Positions 13,873 to 27,436 of a stretch of DNA of 64,000 nucleotides are shown here, piece after piece. The notes below the pieces were generated by a model that was given only the letters and a program-made list of their open reading frames with translations, did not search any database and had not been told where the DNA came from. The number at the start of each line of letters is the position of its first letter. Position 1 is the first letter of the stretch. This DNA comes from the human T2T-CHM13v2.0 reference genome, Homo sapiens. A program made the translations under genes and the position numbers. The stretch is from the NCBI RefSeq assembly GCF_009914755.1, contig NC_060942.1; one strand, given 5' to 3'.

Positions 13873-14160
13873 TTTTTTTTTGAGAGTGTCTCACTCTGCC
13901 ATCCAGCCTGGAGTGCAGTGGTGCAGTCATGGCTCACTTGACCTCCTGGGCTCAGGTGATTCCCCTACCTCAGCCTCCTATGTAGCTGGGACTACAGGTG
14001 CATGCCACCAAAGCTGGCTAATTTTTTTCATATTTTTTGTAGAGACAGAGTTTCATCTTTTGGCCCAGGCTGGTCTGGAACTCCTGAGCTCAAGCAATTC
14101 ACCTGACTTGGCCTCCCAAAGTGCTGTGATTACAGGCACAAGCTACTGTATGCACCCTGC
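13873..14160 (-). mobile_element. AluJ
   Basis: Dimeric Alu with CCTCCTGGGCTCAGGTGAT and CTCCTGAGCTCAAGCAAT J-type diagnostics; highly diverged. Confidence 0.9.
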
Positions 14161-15103
14161 AGAGCATTTCAACAGAGAGACCTCCTTCTTTACTTGAGTC
14201 TTCTTTGGACATTTGAAAATGTTCATTTTTGAAATGAATGTCTTTGTATTGAGATGTGTTGGCTTTTTTATTGTAAAAGTAGTTATACTTTATAAAAAAT
14301 TTGCAAGACACCCAAAAAAGTAAGGATGGAATTTAGAAAATAACCTATGATTTGATCACCTAGAGATAATTATGGTAAATACTTTGAGATGTTTTCTTCC
14401 ATTCTTTAAACTTTACAAATGTCTACAATTTCTAGCAGATTTGGAACCTTGCTGTTGTGCCTTCGTTTTGTTCATTTAACAGTGTGATGTGCATTTTCCT
14501 CTATCATTAAATAATCTTCAAAAAAATGTGAAAATAAAAATATAGTTATAGAAATTTTGGGCAAACAAACAAATGAGGTTGAGCCTGCTTTAGTGCAGCA
14601 TGACTGCTCTACCCAGGATGTCATTTCACCCTTAAGTTAGTCTGGTAAACTCCTGTCTCACCTCTAATACTCAGCTAACCCTTCAGTTCTGAGAGACTAG
14701 CTGACAGACTTCCTGAGAGCTTCTCTCACCTCACTTGGCCAAGCAGAGCCAGTCATCTATCCTTTGTGCTACATCTGTACCTTGCACATTCCTTAATTAG
14801 AGTGTTCCCTTCATGAGTTAGGCACTGTGTTATGAGCTTTCCTAACATCTGCTATCTCATTTCTCTCTCATCCCAATCTTAGTGTTGTGTTGTATTCGCT
14901 TCCAAATTTTATAGATGAAGATAGTGAAAATCATATGTCTAACCTGACAAAGTCCCACGCCTCTTAACTGGCAGAGCCGTTATCCAAACTCCTGTCTAAC
15001 TGTTGCTAAGGCTCTATCATTCATAGCTGCTATACAATCATGTGCATATGAAACTGCATTACTTACCTAAAAATTTAGAATTTCTGTTTTTTAAAGGCTA
15101 TCA

Positions 15104-15621
15104 TATACTCTGGTTATCTGCTGCTGCATTACAAAAGAACCCTGAAATGTAGTGAGTTAAAAAGACATTTTATTGTAGTTCGTGATTTTGTGGGTCAGGC
15201 ATGCAAGAAGGGCTCAGCTGGATAATTCTTCGATTTCACATTAATTGGATGAATTTATTTGGTCATACTCAGCATATAGGCTGGCCAAGAGAACTTCTCT
15301 AAATTGTCTGGTGCCTGAATAGAGATTGCTGGTAGACTGGGCTCAGCTGGTACTGTTAACCAGAGCACTTGCATGTGACTTCTCCAGCACTGTTGTTTCA
15401 GAGTAGTCAGACATAAAGGCCCAGGGCTCCCAGAGAGATTGCTCCAAGAGACAGAAAGTAGAAGCTGCCAGTTGAGTGTATCTTTCACCAAGAAACTTGC
15501 ACAATGTCACTTCTATGCTATTCTATTGGTAAAAAGAGTCCCAGATCCAAGGAGAGGGGATATACACTATACTTATTATGAGGATTGTCAAAGAATGGGC
15601 AACCATCTTTAATCTGCCACA
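15104..15621 (-). mobile_element. MLT1 (F-H-like) MaLR solo LTR
   Basis: TATCTGCTGCTGCATTACAAA...GTGGGTCAGG...GGGCTCAGCTGG...CCATCTTTAATCTGCCACA. Confidence 0.75.
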
Positions 15622-15629
15622 TCACAGAA

Positions 15630-16560
15630 GCAGTTGATAGATTTGGAGAAAATATTAATCACGTCTAAAACTAATAAGAAACTAATATCTCTAGAAGAGC
15701 ACTGTCCAAAGCAACTTTGTATGGTAATGGAAATATTCTGCACTATCCAATATGGTAGCCATGTAGTAAACACGTGGCTATTGAGAATTTGAAGTGTAGC
15801 TAATGTTAGTAAGGCACTGAATTTTAATCTTATTCAACTTTTAGTTAATTTAAATTTAAATAGTCACAAATGGCTAGTTGCTACTACAATGGATAGTATA
15901 GCTGTATATATGAATGATATTCCTGCAAATCAACAATAAAAAGACAGGAAAGTTAAATAAAAGTGGCCAAAAAATGTACAGATAATTTACAGAAGTTAGT
16001 TCTAACTGATTATCAAATATATGAACGGATATTCAAGCTCAATAATAATCAAATAAATATAAATCATAATGATGAGATACTGTACACTTACCTGCATAAA
16101 AAAACTAGAATGTTTGATAATACCAAGAGTTACTGGGACTATAGAGAAAGAAGTACCCTCTTGCACTGTGAATGCAGAGAGACGTTAAGTTAAGTAAACT
16201 TATAGTCTATGATTCAGCATAATGTCTATGGCACCTATAAGGATATTCATTGTAGCATAGAAAAGGAGACAACTTAGGTTTTCATAGCTAGAGGTAGAAA
16301 AAAGTAAAATGTGGTTAAGGCATATTATGGAATATTACAGTGCCATTAGAAGCAATGACAACAAAAGGACATATAAGCAAAAGAGATGAATCTTTTAACA
16401 CCATGTTGAGCTTAAAAACTGAGAAACATTATCAATTCCATAGCACAACATTTTTGAAAAGTAAAATTGCATATGCAAATCAACAATGTATATTCTACAA
16501 AGATGCAAATTTAAGAATATTTAATAAATGCTTTTTCATGGTTGCCTAGGCAAGGGAATA
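15630..16560 (+). mobile_element. Ancient L1M/L1ME ORF2-3' fragment interrupted by MER3
   Basis: Degenerate L1 motifs (TTGGAGAAAATATT, CAAATCAACAATAAAAAGACA, GATAATACCAAG, ATATTATGGAATATTACAG). Confidence 0.6.
15697..15901 (+). mobile_element. MER3 (hAT-Charlie) MITE
   Basis: GCACTGTCCAA...CACGTGGCTATTGAG...AATTTAAATTTAAATAGTCACAAATGGCTAG matches MER3. Confidence 0.85.
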
Positions 16561-16784
16561 ATATGAAAATGAGGACAGTTGGAAGGCAGGAGGGAAGGAG
16601 GGAAGGAAGAGGAAGAAAAGAAATTTGTGACGATGAATTATGACAGTTAATAATACACTAAATACTGTGTTTATTGCAGTCTTCTGAATTTGAGGTCCCT
16701 AAAATTTATGTTTGTATTCCAGTGCTTACACAATACTGTATGTTCATACTTTACACAGAGTTAGTGCTTGACGAGTGACTTCTG

Positions 16785-16830
16785 GTGGGTGGGTGGATGG
16801 ATGGATGGATGGATGGATGGATGGATGGCT
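16785..16830. repeat. (GGAT)n tetranucleotide repeat
   Basis: Direct inspection. Confidence 0.9.
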
Positions 16831-17129
16831 GATGAATAGATTAGTGAATGATAAATACTATTTGGAAGCCCAGATGAAGAGGATTAGAAGAAATTAGGTT
16901 AAAACTATTGGCAAAAGAAGGTTCATAAACAGCTATTATTACTTTATTCTTTTTCTTTCATTTTACCTTGAGAGATTGTATTCGTTTCCATGGCTGCTGT
17001 CACAAATTACCACAAAAAAAAATGCACTGGGTTACAGAAATAAATTTGGGGGACCTCAAGTTCAGGTGACTGCAATAATCATAGTCTTTAGACTACCACT
17101 AACTGTCAAAATTCATTGGTACAAATTTA

Positions 17130-17255
17130 TTTCCTTCCCCTTCCCTCCCTACTTTCTTTCCTCCTTCCCCTTCTTCCTTTATCCCACCCTCCTTTTCTTC
17201 ATCTTTCCCTCCTTCTCTCCCTCCCTTCCTTCCTTCCCTCCTTCCTTTCTTCCTG
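17130..17255. repeat. CT-rich polypyrimidine tract
   Basis: Direct inspection. Confidence 0.85.
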
Positions 17256-17486
17256 CACACATTCTACTCTCTCCCCTAATAGGTATGAAGATCCCTACTA
17301 TCCCAACATCCAGTACTTTCCAGAAGCTCCGTTCCCATTACTTAGGCAAAATTGGAGGAAGAAAATGGTTCAGGTGAGTTTCAGAGTCTGAGGAGGCATC
17401 TGCTTAACAGATGAGGAAATTCTGAGCTAAATGATCAAATACATTAGCCTTATATGGCATAGCAGCAAGGAGAACTCATAGACCTC

Positions 17487-17976
17487 TGTGGTGGACTGCA
17501 TAATGGCCCAAAAAATATTAGGTCCTACTCCCTGGGGTTCATAAATATTACTGTATATGGTAGAGTCTTCCCTTATGTGATTAAATTATCCTGTGGTAAA
17601 GAAAATTATCCTGGACTATTCACATGGGACATAATGGCAATCACATGTATACTTATAAGAATAGGCAGAAAGAGATGTGACACACACCCAGAGAAGAAAG
17701 CAGTGTGAAGACTGAGTAGGAAGAGATTTGAAAATGCTGGCCTAGAAGATTGAAGTGATGGGGCCATAAGCCAAGGAAGGCCAGCAGCCACAAGAAACTG
17801 GAAGAAGCAAGGAACAGATTCTCTCTAAAGCCACTGGAAGGAGCATGGTCTTGCCAACACCTTTATTTCTGTCCAGTGATACTTACTTTAGGCTTTGGCT
17901 TCCAGAATTGTAAGAAAACAAATTTACTGTTTCTAAGAAAACAAATTGTGACTGGCAGACATAGGAAATTAATACA
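17487..17976 (+). mobile_element. MLT1C/D-like solo LTR
   Basis: TGTGGTGGACTGCATAATGGCCC start, GCCATAAGCCAAGGA...AACAGATTCTC core, AATACA end; 5-bp TSD ACCTC/ATCTC. Confidence 0.85.
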
Positions 17977-19399
17977 ATCTCCCAAGATAAAACGAAGGAG
18001 ACCTTGAGAAATTAATGGATTTTCTGAAGTTCAAATGCACCTACCCCAGACTGGTCTAAGACGTGAGCTTATTAATCGGGGTGGCATTTCCTGGTGAGAA
18101 GGAGTAGTAAAGAGATATTACCCAGTGATCATATTAGACATTTCAGAGGTACAGTGGTATAGAATACAGAACATTTTCATATATTTTCACCCTTCTCACT
18201 CTAAACAAAGAGAGACTGAGTCCCCTCTCTCACTCATCCAGGATTCTTCTTACTCAGTTCTTAACTCTAGTCTAAAAAATAACTCTTTCCCTAAGCCACT
18301 AGCACAATAATTACATTGCTTTCTAATAAGTCTGCATTCCCTGCAAACTCTTTATCCCTTAGAGGAGTTCAAAAGTATGACATTAAAGCACAAAACAATT
18401 ATACTATAGACATACCTCATTTTACTGTGCTTTACTTTATTATACTTCACAGATACTGCGTTTTTTTTTTTAAAAAAAAATTGAAGGTTTATGGCAACCC
18501 TGTGTAAAGCACCTCTACTAGAGTTATTTTTGTCAACAGCATGTGCTCACTTTATGTCTCTGTGTCACATTTTGGCAAACTTTATTATTATTATTATATC
18601 TGTTATGGTGATCTGTGATCAGTAATCTTTGATGTTACCACGAACTGTGCCCATTCAAGAAAATAAACATAATCAATCAATAAGTGTGTGTGTATTCTGA
18701 CTGTTCGACCAACCAGCCATTCCCCCATCTCACTCCCTCTCCCCTGAGACACAGCAATATTGAAAATAGGCCAATTAATAACCCTACAATGTCTTCTAAG
18801 TATTCAAGTGAAAGAAAGAGTTGCAAGTCTCTCACTTAAAATCAGAAGCTAGAAATGATTAAGCTTAGTGAAGAAGGCATGTCAAACCAATATAGGTTGA
18901 AAGTTACACCTTTCACACCAAGTAGTTAGCCAAGTTCTGAATGAAAAAGAAAAATTATTGAAAGATATTAAAAGTGCTATGCCAGTGAACACACAAATGA
19001 TAAGAAAGAGAAACAACCGACATGGAGAATGTATTAGTGGTCTGGATAGAAGATCAAACCAGCCAGAATATTTCCAAAAACTGAAGCCTAATCCAGAGCA
19101 AGGCCTTAACTCTCTTCAATTCTATGAAGGCCGTGAGAGGTGAGAAAGCTGCAGAAAAAAAGTGTCTGAAACTAGCGGAGGTTGGTTCATGAGGTTTAAG
19201 GAAAGAAGCCATCTCCATAACATAAAAGTGCAAGATGAAGCAGTAAGTGCTGATGTAGAAGCTGCAACAAGTTATCCAGAAGATCTAGCTAAATTAATGA
19301 AGGTGGCTACACCAAACAACATATTTTCAGTGTAGACAAAACAGCATTCTGTGGGAAGAAGACTCTGTCTAGGATTTTCACGGTTATAAAGAAAAAGTT

Positions 19400-19700
19400 G
19401 ACCGGGCATGGTGGCTCACGCCTGTAATCCCAGCACTTTGGGAGGTCGAGGCAGGTGGATCATGAGGTCAGGAGTTCAAGACCAGCCTGGCCAAGATGGT
19501 GAAACCCCTTCTCTACTAAAAATACAAAAAAAAAAAAAAAAAAAAAAGAGCCAGGCTTGGTGGCAGGCACCTGTAATCACAGCTACTCGGGAAGCTGAGA
19601 CAGAGAATTGCTTAAACCCAGGAGGCGGAGGTTGCAGTGAGCCAAGATCGCACCATTGTACTCCAGCCTGGACGATGGAGTGAGAGAAAAAAAAAGAAAG
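19400..19700 (+). mobile_element. AluSg-like element with expanded central A-tract
   Basis: GGATCATGAGGTCAGGAGTTC (2-bp deletion form), GGCCAAGATGG; ~22 A in linker; lacks terminal ACTCCGTCTC. Confidence 0.9.
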
Positions 19701-20708
19701 AAAAGAAAAGAAGTCAATGGCTGGCTCCAAAGTTTCAAAGAACAGGCTAACTCTAGTAGTAGGGGCTAATGTAGCTGGTAACCTAAGTTGAAGTTGGTGC
19801 TTTTTTACCATTGCAAAAATCCTAGGGCCCTTAAGAATTATGCTAAATCTACCCAGCTCGTGCCCTGTAAATGGAACAAAGCCTGAATGACAGCTGCTCA
19901 GTTTATGCCATGGTTTACTGAATATTTCAAGCCTACTGTTGAAATCTACTGCTTAAAATAAAAGATTCCTTTCAAAGTATTACTTTTCAGTCACAGGGCA
20001 CCTTGCCATTCAAGAACTCTGATGGATATGTACAAGGGGATTAATGTTGTTTTCATGCCTGTTAACGTGTTTATTCTATACCCCAAAGATCAAGAAGACT
20101 TTCAAGTCTTATTATTTAAGAAATATATTTTATAAGACTATAGTTGTCATGGATAATCTTTCTTCTGATGGATATAGGCAAAGCAAATGGAAAACCTTCT
20201 GGAAAAAATTCAGCATTCTAGATGCCATTAAGAACCTCCATGAATTATGAGAGAAGGTCAAAATGTTATTAACAGGAGTTTGGAAGAAGTTGCTTCCAAC
20301 CCTCATGGATGACGTTGAGGGTTCAAGACTTCAACAAAGGAAGCAACTACAGATGTGAGGGAAATAGCAAGAGAACTAGAATTAAAAGTGGATCTTGAAG
20401 ATGTGACTGAATTGCTAAAATCTCTTGGTAAATCTTGAGCAGAGAAGATTACTTCTTATGAATGAGCAAAAAAAAAGTAGTTTCTTGAGATAAAATCTAC
20501 TCTTGGTGAAGATGCTATGAACATTGTGGAAATGACAGCAAAGAATTTAGAATATGACTTGAATTTAATTGGTAAACAAGCAATAGGGAGATAATTATTA
20601 GCATTTTTTAGCAATTAAGTATTTTTAATTGAGGTATGTACATTGTTTCTTTAGGTGTAATGCTATTGCCCACTTTGTAGACTTCAGTATAGTGTAAACG
20701 TAACTTTT

Positions 20709-21043
<335 letters not shown>

Positions 21044-21329
21044 TGACTCATATTATTATGATGATCTAGAACCAAACGTGCAATATCTCCAAGATATGCC
21101 TCCAAGATATCTCACATACAGTTACAGGAGAGATGCTCTCTTCTAAACTCTGCTTTTCTCTCTAGTCCATCCTTCTCAACCTTGACTGCACATCAGAATC
21201 ACCCAGAGTATTTTACAGTTTACTGATGTGTGAGTCCCACCCTCAGAGATTCTAATTTAATTGGGATGAGCACAGCCGGAGCACAGGGAGTGTTTTTTTA
21301 AATATATATATAATATGAGCTTTTGGGTA

Positions 21330-21680
21330 TATTACTTTATTGGTACACGTCTTAGAACTCTATGGTCCACCAATTACACTTATATATCCAAGGAAGACCA
21401 ATGCATATGACCATCAGAAACATGATGTACAATAATATTTACAGCAGTTTCATTAACAATAACTAAAAACTAGAAACAACCTAAATGTCCACCAACAGGA
21501 GAATAGATGAACAAATGGGATAATGTATAGACAGCAGCAACAACAATAAAATCCCTACTGATATGGACCCACATGGAAAAATCTCACAACCATTATGTTG
21601 AACAAAAGAAGCTTCACATAAAGATATGCATACTTTGTCATTCTATTTATATGAAGTTCAAGAACAGGCAAAACTAATCT
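21330..21680 (+). mobile_element. Ancient L1M (MC/ME-like) fragment
   Basis: AACTAGAAACAACCTAAATGTCCACCAACAGGAGAATAGATGAACAAAT...TATATGAAGTTCAAGAACAGGCAAAACTAATCT. Confidence 0.75.
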
Positions 21681-21746
21681 TGTAGGTCATCTGACATCCT
21701 TCCCAGATCAGATGGTACCTAACCTCTCAAGAGATAGCCATTATTC

Positions 21747-22337
<591 letters not shown>

Positions 22338-25271
22338 TAAGCACAGGGAGTTATAAACATTCCCTAGGTGATTCTCGCTTGGAGCCAAGATTGCGGATCA
22401 CTATTCTAGTTTCTTTTTTCCTTCTAAACTGGTCTTGAAGAGATTTGCTCTCAATTCAGTACACTTAAAAGTGGAAACAATTCACCACGTTTTTTTTTTC
22501 CAAAAATGTTCATGATTTCAACCTAACTTTCATTTGCGAGTTGAACAGCTTTGAAGCCCATTAAAAGATGCACAAACTCTCAGTAGATACAGAAAGGGGT
22601 CATCTTGGAGCCTTCCGGTCATGCCATAACTGAGAGTAAGCCCAGCTTCACAGACAGCTGCTTTACCTGAACACACGTCAATGATGCTGAAGACCCAAAA
22701 CCACACTGTCTGATCCAGCTAAGGTTATTTACTCAATAGGAAACTCACCTCCCTTTCCCTCCCTAGCCTATTGTGGCCAAAGCCGTGCAGCCTGAAATTT
22801 TCAAAAGGAAAACAGCTTGCTACCTGGTTTGCAGCACCTATGACTTAACTACATTTATAAGGGTTGTGGAACTTAACATCTACATTTTCCCTCCTATGTT
22901 CTGATTTCCTGTTTCTCCACACTATTTATGTTCACCTATTACCCAATTAGCACCCCAGTAAGCTGAACTCCCATAGTTGTTTCACCCTAGCAATTAACCC
23001 TCTCCAGCACCCCGCTCTGAAAAGAGCTCCTGATTAAAATAAACTGCTCAATTATTCTCCTAACAGGAAGCGTGCCACAGTAGACCAGAAGGAGAACAAT
23101 TTATTTTTTCTTAGATCTCTAAATGTGTCCAGTATTGGCTTAGAAGAAAGATTTCCCTGGAATAATCTAGAGGACTTCGTTGAGGTTTATGGTAAGGGCA
23201 CAAATTTACAAAATGTCAGCACCTATCTACCAGTTTCCAAATGGTCAGCATCTCTAGTTTGAAGAAAATGCTAAGATGAAAAAGGAAATTCACTGGTTCT
23301 CCTTTTTTATTTGATAAACTGCTGACATAAATTTCTCATTAAGAACCACAGTGACGAATAGAAAAGACGTAAAGAGAAAAGTCAGGACAAAAGGAAGTTA
23401 AAGAATGGAAAATAAAAGAGATGGGAGGATATTAAATATCGAGTTACCCAACATCTTTAAAGAATAGGATGTTCTGTGTAAGCAGTATTTCTTTACGAAT
23501 GAAAATAATGTGCATACTATGTATAGCTTTCCTATTATTAGAAATTTAAGATATTTAACAAAGAAACTCCAATTAATATAACTTTGCCAGAAATTTTTGA
23601 AAGAACTTCGGAATCTCAAGTGCCTGAGATATATTAATGACTATCAACAACAATTTTGCAAAGTAATAAAGGGAGGAATAACATTTAGTTGATATTATTA
23701 GTAAAATGTAAAACTTGTAGTGGGTCAGAGATGTGAAGACAACATAATTTTCCGGAAGAATACACACCTTTATGTAAAATATCGAAGTGGGTCATAACCA
23801 TATTTGCACATGATACGGAACTGCATATAATTGCCTACATATTTTATATGTAGATTTTAAGGCAGAAGATCACTTTTAATCTAGATTGCAATTTATTGGG
23901 GAGTTTTGTGTTTTATTTTTTTCTACCCACACATTATTCCTAAGGCAAGAATCCTCCAACCAAAAGAGAAGATGGCACATTCAACCACAAAAACCTGTGG
24001 GTGTAATTAGACTAAAGAACAATCAAGAAGGTAACTTTAATTTTATCTGAAAAGAAAATACATTAAAAGCTACAATTTTTGGTACAGGATTGCCTGCTAG
24101 GCAACTGAGGCAGAAGGTGCTACAAAGAATCTCGTTCTGAAAATGTAGTCAAACAGTCCTCGGCTTGCACTGATTTCCTAAGATCTTTCCACTGCAGAAA
24201 ACTGCAGAATCCAGGCATCTTGGAAGACTGCTAGAATCTCACTTTTCTCTGCCATGAATGGAGTCACCATTTTTCAGAAGCCTTCATTAACTGAAATTCT
24301 AATCCTGCTTAAACTTGAATAAGGAAAACAAACAAACAAACAAATGAAAGACCTTCCTGCATACTGAATGTGTAAATCCTGGAAAACTGTTTACAGACAA
24401 GGAGTAGTCAGCCAGCTCATAGCTGTGACTTTTCTGTTCCGAGGGAAAGCAGCTTGCGAGCTGCAGTGTCCAGGAGCAGAGAAAAGCACAGTCACTGAAC
24501 CCTATGAAATTTTAACAATTCATTAACAGGAAAGGGCTGCATAAAGGGATGCAGGATCAGAGGCAGCTCAACAGCATCAAATTCCGAGAGAATGAAGACC
24601 GAGAAAGGGGAGATGTGGAAATTCAGACTGAGGAGAAAAGGGAAAAGAAAGAGGAGGGAGATTTGACAGAAATAGGAACAAAGACAGGAGAGACAGGAAG
24701 GCAAAAGAATAGGAGAGATTAGAGAACAAGGGAGAGGAAAGAGGAGAAAGGATTTGAATAAAATTCAAGTCTCTAATCTGGTTTTACTTTTAATCTTCCC
24801 TCTGAGGGAGGGCATGAATGTAAAATGCTTATTGTTCCACTTTATTTTTTTTTTTCCTGAGTTCCCCTAACTGACCAAACCATGTGTTAAAAACAGTTTC
24901 CCTCCTGGAAGGGATTATGCCCTTTGACTTTCAAAAATCATCCCTCCCCTTCCCAGCCTCAATAAGGCTGGGTGGTGGTGTGTGCCCTGGTGTGGAGCCA
25001 CTGGGGGTCTGCAGAAGGATGCAGTCTCAGAGAAGTCAGCCAGGCTGGTGGAGGGAAAGCATTGTTTCTTAAACACCCTTATCTTGGACAGTGTAGGCAT
25101 ATTTGTTTGTAAATATACATGTTATGTATGTGCTCATGTAAATAAATAAGTTTAAATATAATTTCCAAATGAACAACATGAGAAAAATTGTCGATTTTTG
25201 AGTGTGTCAAATAATGACTGCAAACAAGGTGTTTTGCAGCCGCCAGCAGTGGGTCCATCCCTGAAGCCACC

Positions 25272-25289
25272 CTGCCATCTAGTGGGGCA
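25272..25289 (-). promoter_or_regulatory. Candidate CTCF-binding site
   Basis: Minus strand reads GCCCCACTAGATGGCAG, a near-consensus CCASYAGRKGGCRS core, in repeat-free DNA. Confidence 0.6.
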
Positions 25290-26393
25290 CTGCCCAAATG
25301 AACACCTCTTCCAGCCACAGTCGGCCTCATTTACCCTCACAGCTGGAGACAGGGAAGTGGATTCTCCTAAATGTGTTAACTTAGCAGTGCTATATACTAG
25401 AAACAAATTAATATATAATTCTTCTGTGTCTTAAGGTCATTACTGTCAAAGCATAAATTAATAGGGCTATTCCAGTTAATTCATTTTGGCGTTTGTTTCT
25501 GCATGTCTGAGCGCATATGTGAAAATAGGCCTACCCTCCATGCCAAGGGGGAAGAAGGAAGGAGGCCTAAAAGTAGCTTAGCCAAACAAGCAGACTCTCT
25601 GACCTAAAAGCAAGTCAAGGGCAAAGCCTTTCAAATGCTGCTGCTTTGCCCTTCTCACTTCTTGGAGCCCAGACTAACAAATCCTCAGAACAGCAAAGCT
25701 CAAAGAGGAGGGGATAGTGGATGGACTCTTGGGAGTCTAGGAGGAGGTCAGGGGGCACTGTTATCAGAAGGCAGTGTTTGGAAAAACACCTGGTTCCACT
25801 TTCTAGGGCGAAAGGGATCCTGTTACAGGAAAATAAGGGCTCCTCTTTCTGACCAGGAGGTGGCATGTCCATGCTCACCTGACCAGCCTGGTTGCAGAAG
25901 AGATTGTAAGAACGGTCCCCTGCCCTTATTCCAAAGGTGGCTGCATCTTTATCGCCACTCCCTAAATCAGTGGGTTTCCAGATCATATACAGAAGTACAC
26001 AGCAATGCTCTCCCACTATGAGAAGAAACAAAACAACCCACAGCAATAGAAAGGGAAGACCAAGGCGCGTGTGGGGGAAGGTGAAATTTTCCGCCACCTG
26101 ATTTCAATTCTTTTCAGAATCCATAGGGGTAGAAGCGCTTGAAGAACAGGCTACACCCATTGCTGTTTGCCTCCTTTTGGTCTATTCCGAGATTCAGGTA
26201 AGAATCTGAAATTCCACCTTTTTCTGAAGTAAATCTCAAACAACCAGGGCTAGATGTAGATTCAAAGATCAGATCATCCTAGATTTTAATTTTCATCAGG
26301 AGTTATTGTCATGCGTATAAATTCTGTATTCTCAAATAAAAATATCTAAAAATGCCTTCAGGCTTCTGCTGCTAATAAAACAATGTTCTCTTG

Positions 26394-26420
26394 ATGTGTG
26401 TGTGTGTGTGCGCGCACACG
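26394..26420. repeat. (TG)n-CGCG-(CA)n alternating purine/pyrimidine tract
   Basis: ATGTGTGTGTGTGTGTGCGCGCACACG. Confidence 0.85.
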
Positions 26421-27237
26421 AGCTTGTGTGTGTCCTGAGAGAGCTGGGGGAAAAGGGGGCGTCTTTGCATGTCTGTCCTGATAAGAATTGCTTGATAACC
26501 ACCCTAGAGAAGCATTTCTGGGGTCAGAGCCATATCTTCTCCCAGAATCTCTGCAAAAATGTATTAACCAAAGCAATATACTATACTATTGATAATGCAA
26601 ATGCTGTGAGAGAAAATTCTCCACCATCACTGCAGTGCCTCCTAATCTAGTTACAAAAAAAGAGATTGACTCACATAAAACAAAAATAGGCAATGATGCA
26701 AAACATATCAAAACAAAATTTCTGAACCTTAACTATGCCTTTGAATCACCTGCAAGACTTCATACAAGTGCAGATCAGGCCACCGACAATCCCAATCTCT
26801 AGGTGCAGCTTCTCTATTTTTGCAAATTCCACAGCTAATTCTGATGTGGAGTGAAGTTGAAAGCCAATGACTCAAAATTAAAAAATAAAAATAAAAAATA
26901 AAAAGATTCTTGCATGGGTGATTCTTTTGAGCAGCCAGAAATGAGAACAAGCATATAAAATGCAATTGCAGATGGCGCGGCAGGACCTTAGCCACTGTGG
27001 GTGGTTAAGGGGAGAAACCAATGAGCGAGGGGGTTAGCACAGACACAGAAAAGTGTCCTGGAGAGGGCAGAGCTTCAAGAATGGGTGGGACATACATAGA
27101 GCAAGAACTTAGGAGAAGGTATTCTAGGTGAGGATATCAGCGCTTCTGCTGGAAAATATGCTGCAAATTCTAAGGATCACAGAGACCTGCCTGGTAAAAC
27201 TGAATGAGTATCTTGGAGAACAGTGAGTGCAGCTCAC

Positions 27238-27436
27238 CTCTGAGCCAGAAAATAGCCAAAGATATAGCTATCGAAATAAAAAGAAGTAAGTACCAAACAG
27301 TCTCAAACATGGTCCATGTTCTGTCTCAACAAATGTCCACATTTCCCTTTTGTCCAAGGCCTCCCTGATTGCCCCACTTCTGCATATGTTGAATCTCGAA
27401 GAAGTACATGGTTGGTTTTTCCCATTGTGCTGCTAC
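27238..27436 (-). other. Candidate spliced exon (likely non-coding or short-ORF)
   Basis: Branch-like TACTCAC, acceptor TCTTTAACTCTCAG|, donor GAG|GTGAGC; paired upstream donor AAG|GTAAGC at 27565/27564 defines a 128-nt intron. Confidence 0.35.

Noticed and set aside
16080-16100. Perfect minus-strand donor CAG|GTAAGT
   Set aside because: Lies within a decayed L1M with no convincing partner acceptor; such isolated sites are common by chance
16976-17391. Pro/Ser/Phe-rich ORFs (also 24492-24768, 36078-36356, 39673-39952)
   Set aside because: Derived from CT/GA low-complexity tracts
18850-20600. Domesticated Tigger transposase (TIGD-like gene)
   Set aside because: Multiple stops and frameshifts, an Alu insertion and an internal deletion; no long ORF
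25615-26097. 160-aa minus-strand ORF with hydrophobic N-terminus, and overlapping 128-aa plus ORF
   Set aside because: Non-ATG start, no recognisable domain, overlapping antisense ORF of similar size; consistent with chance
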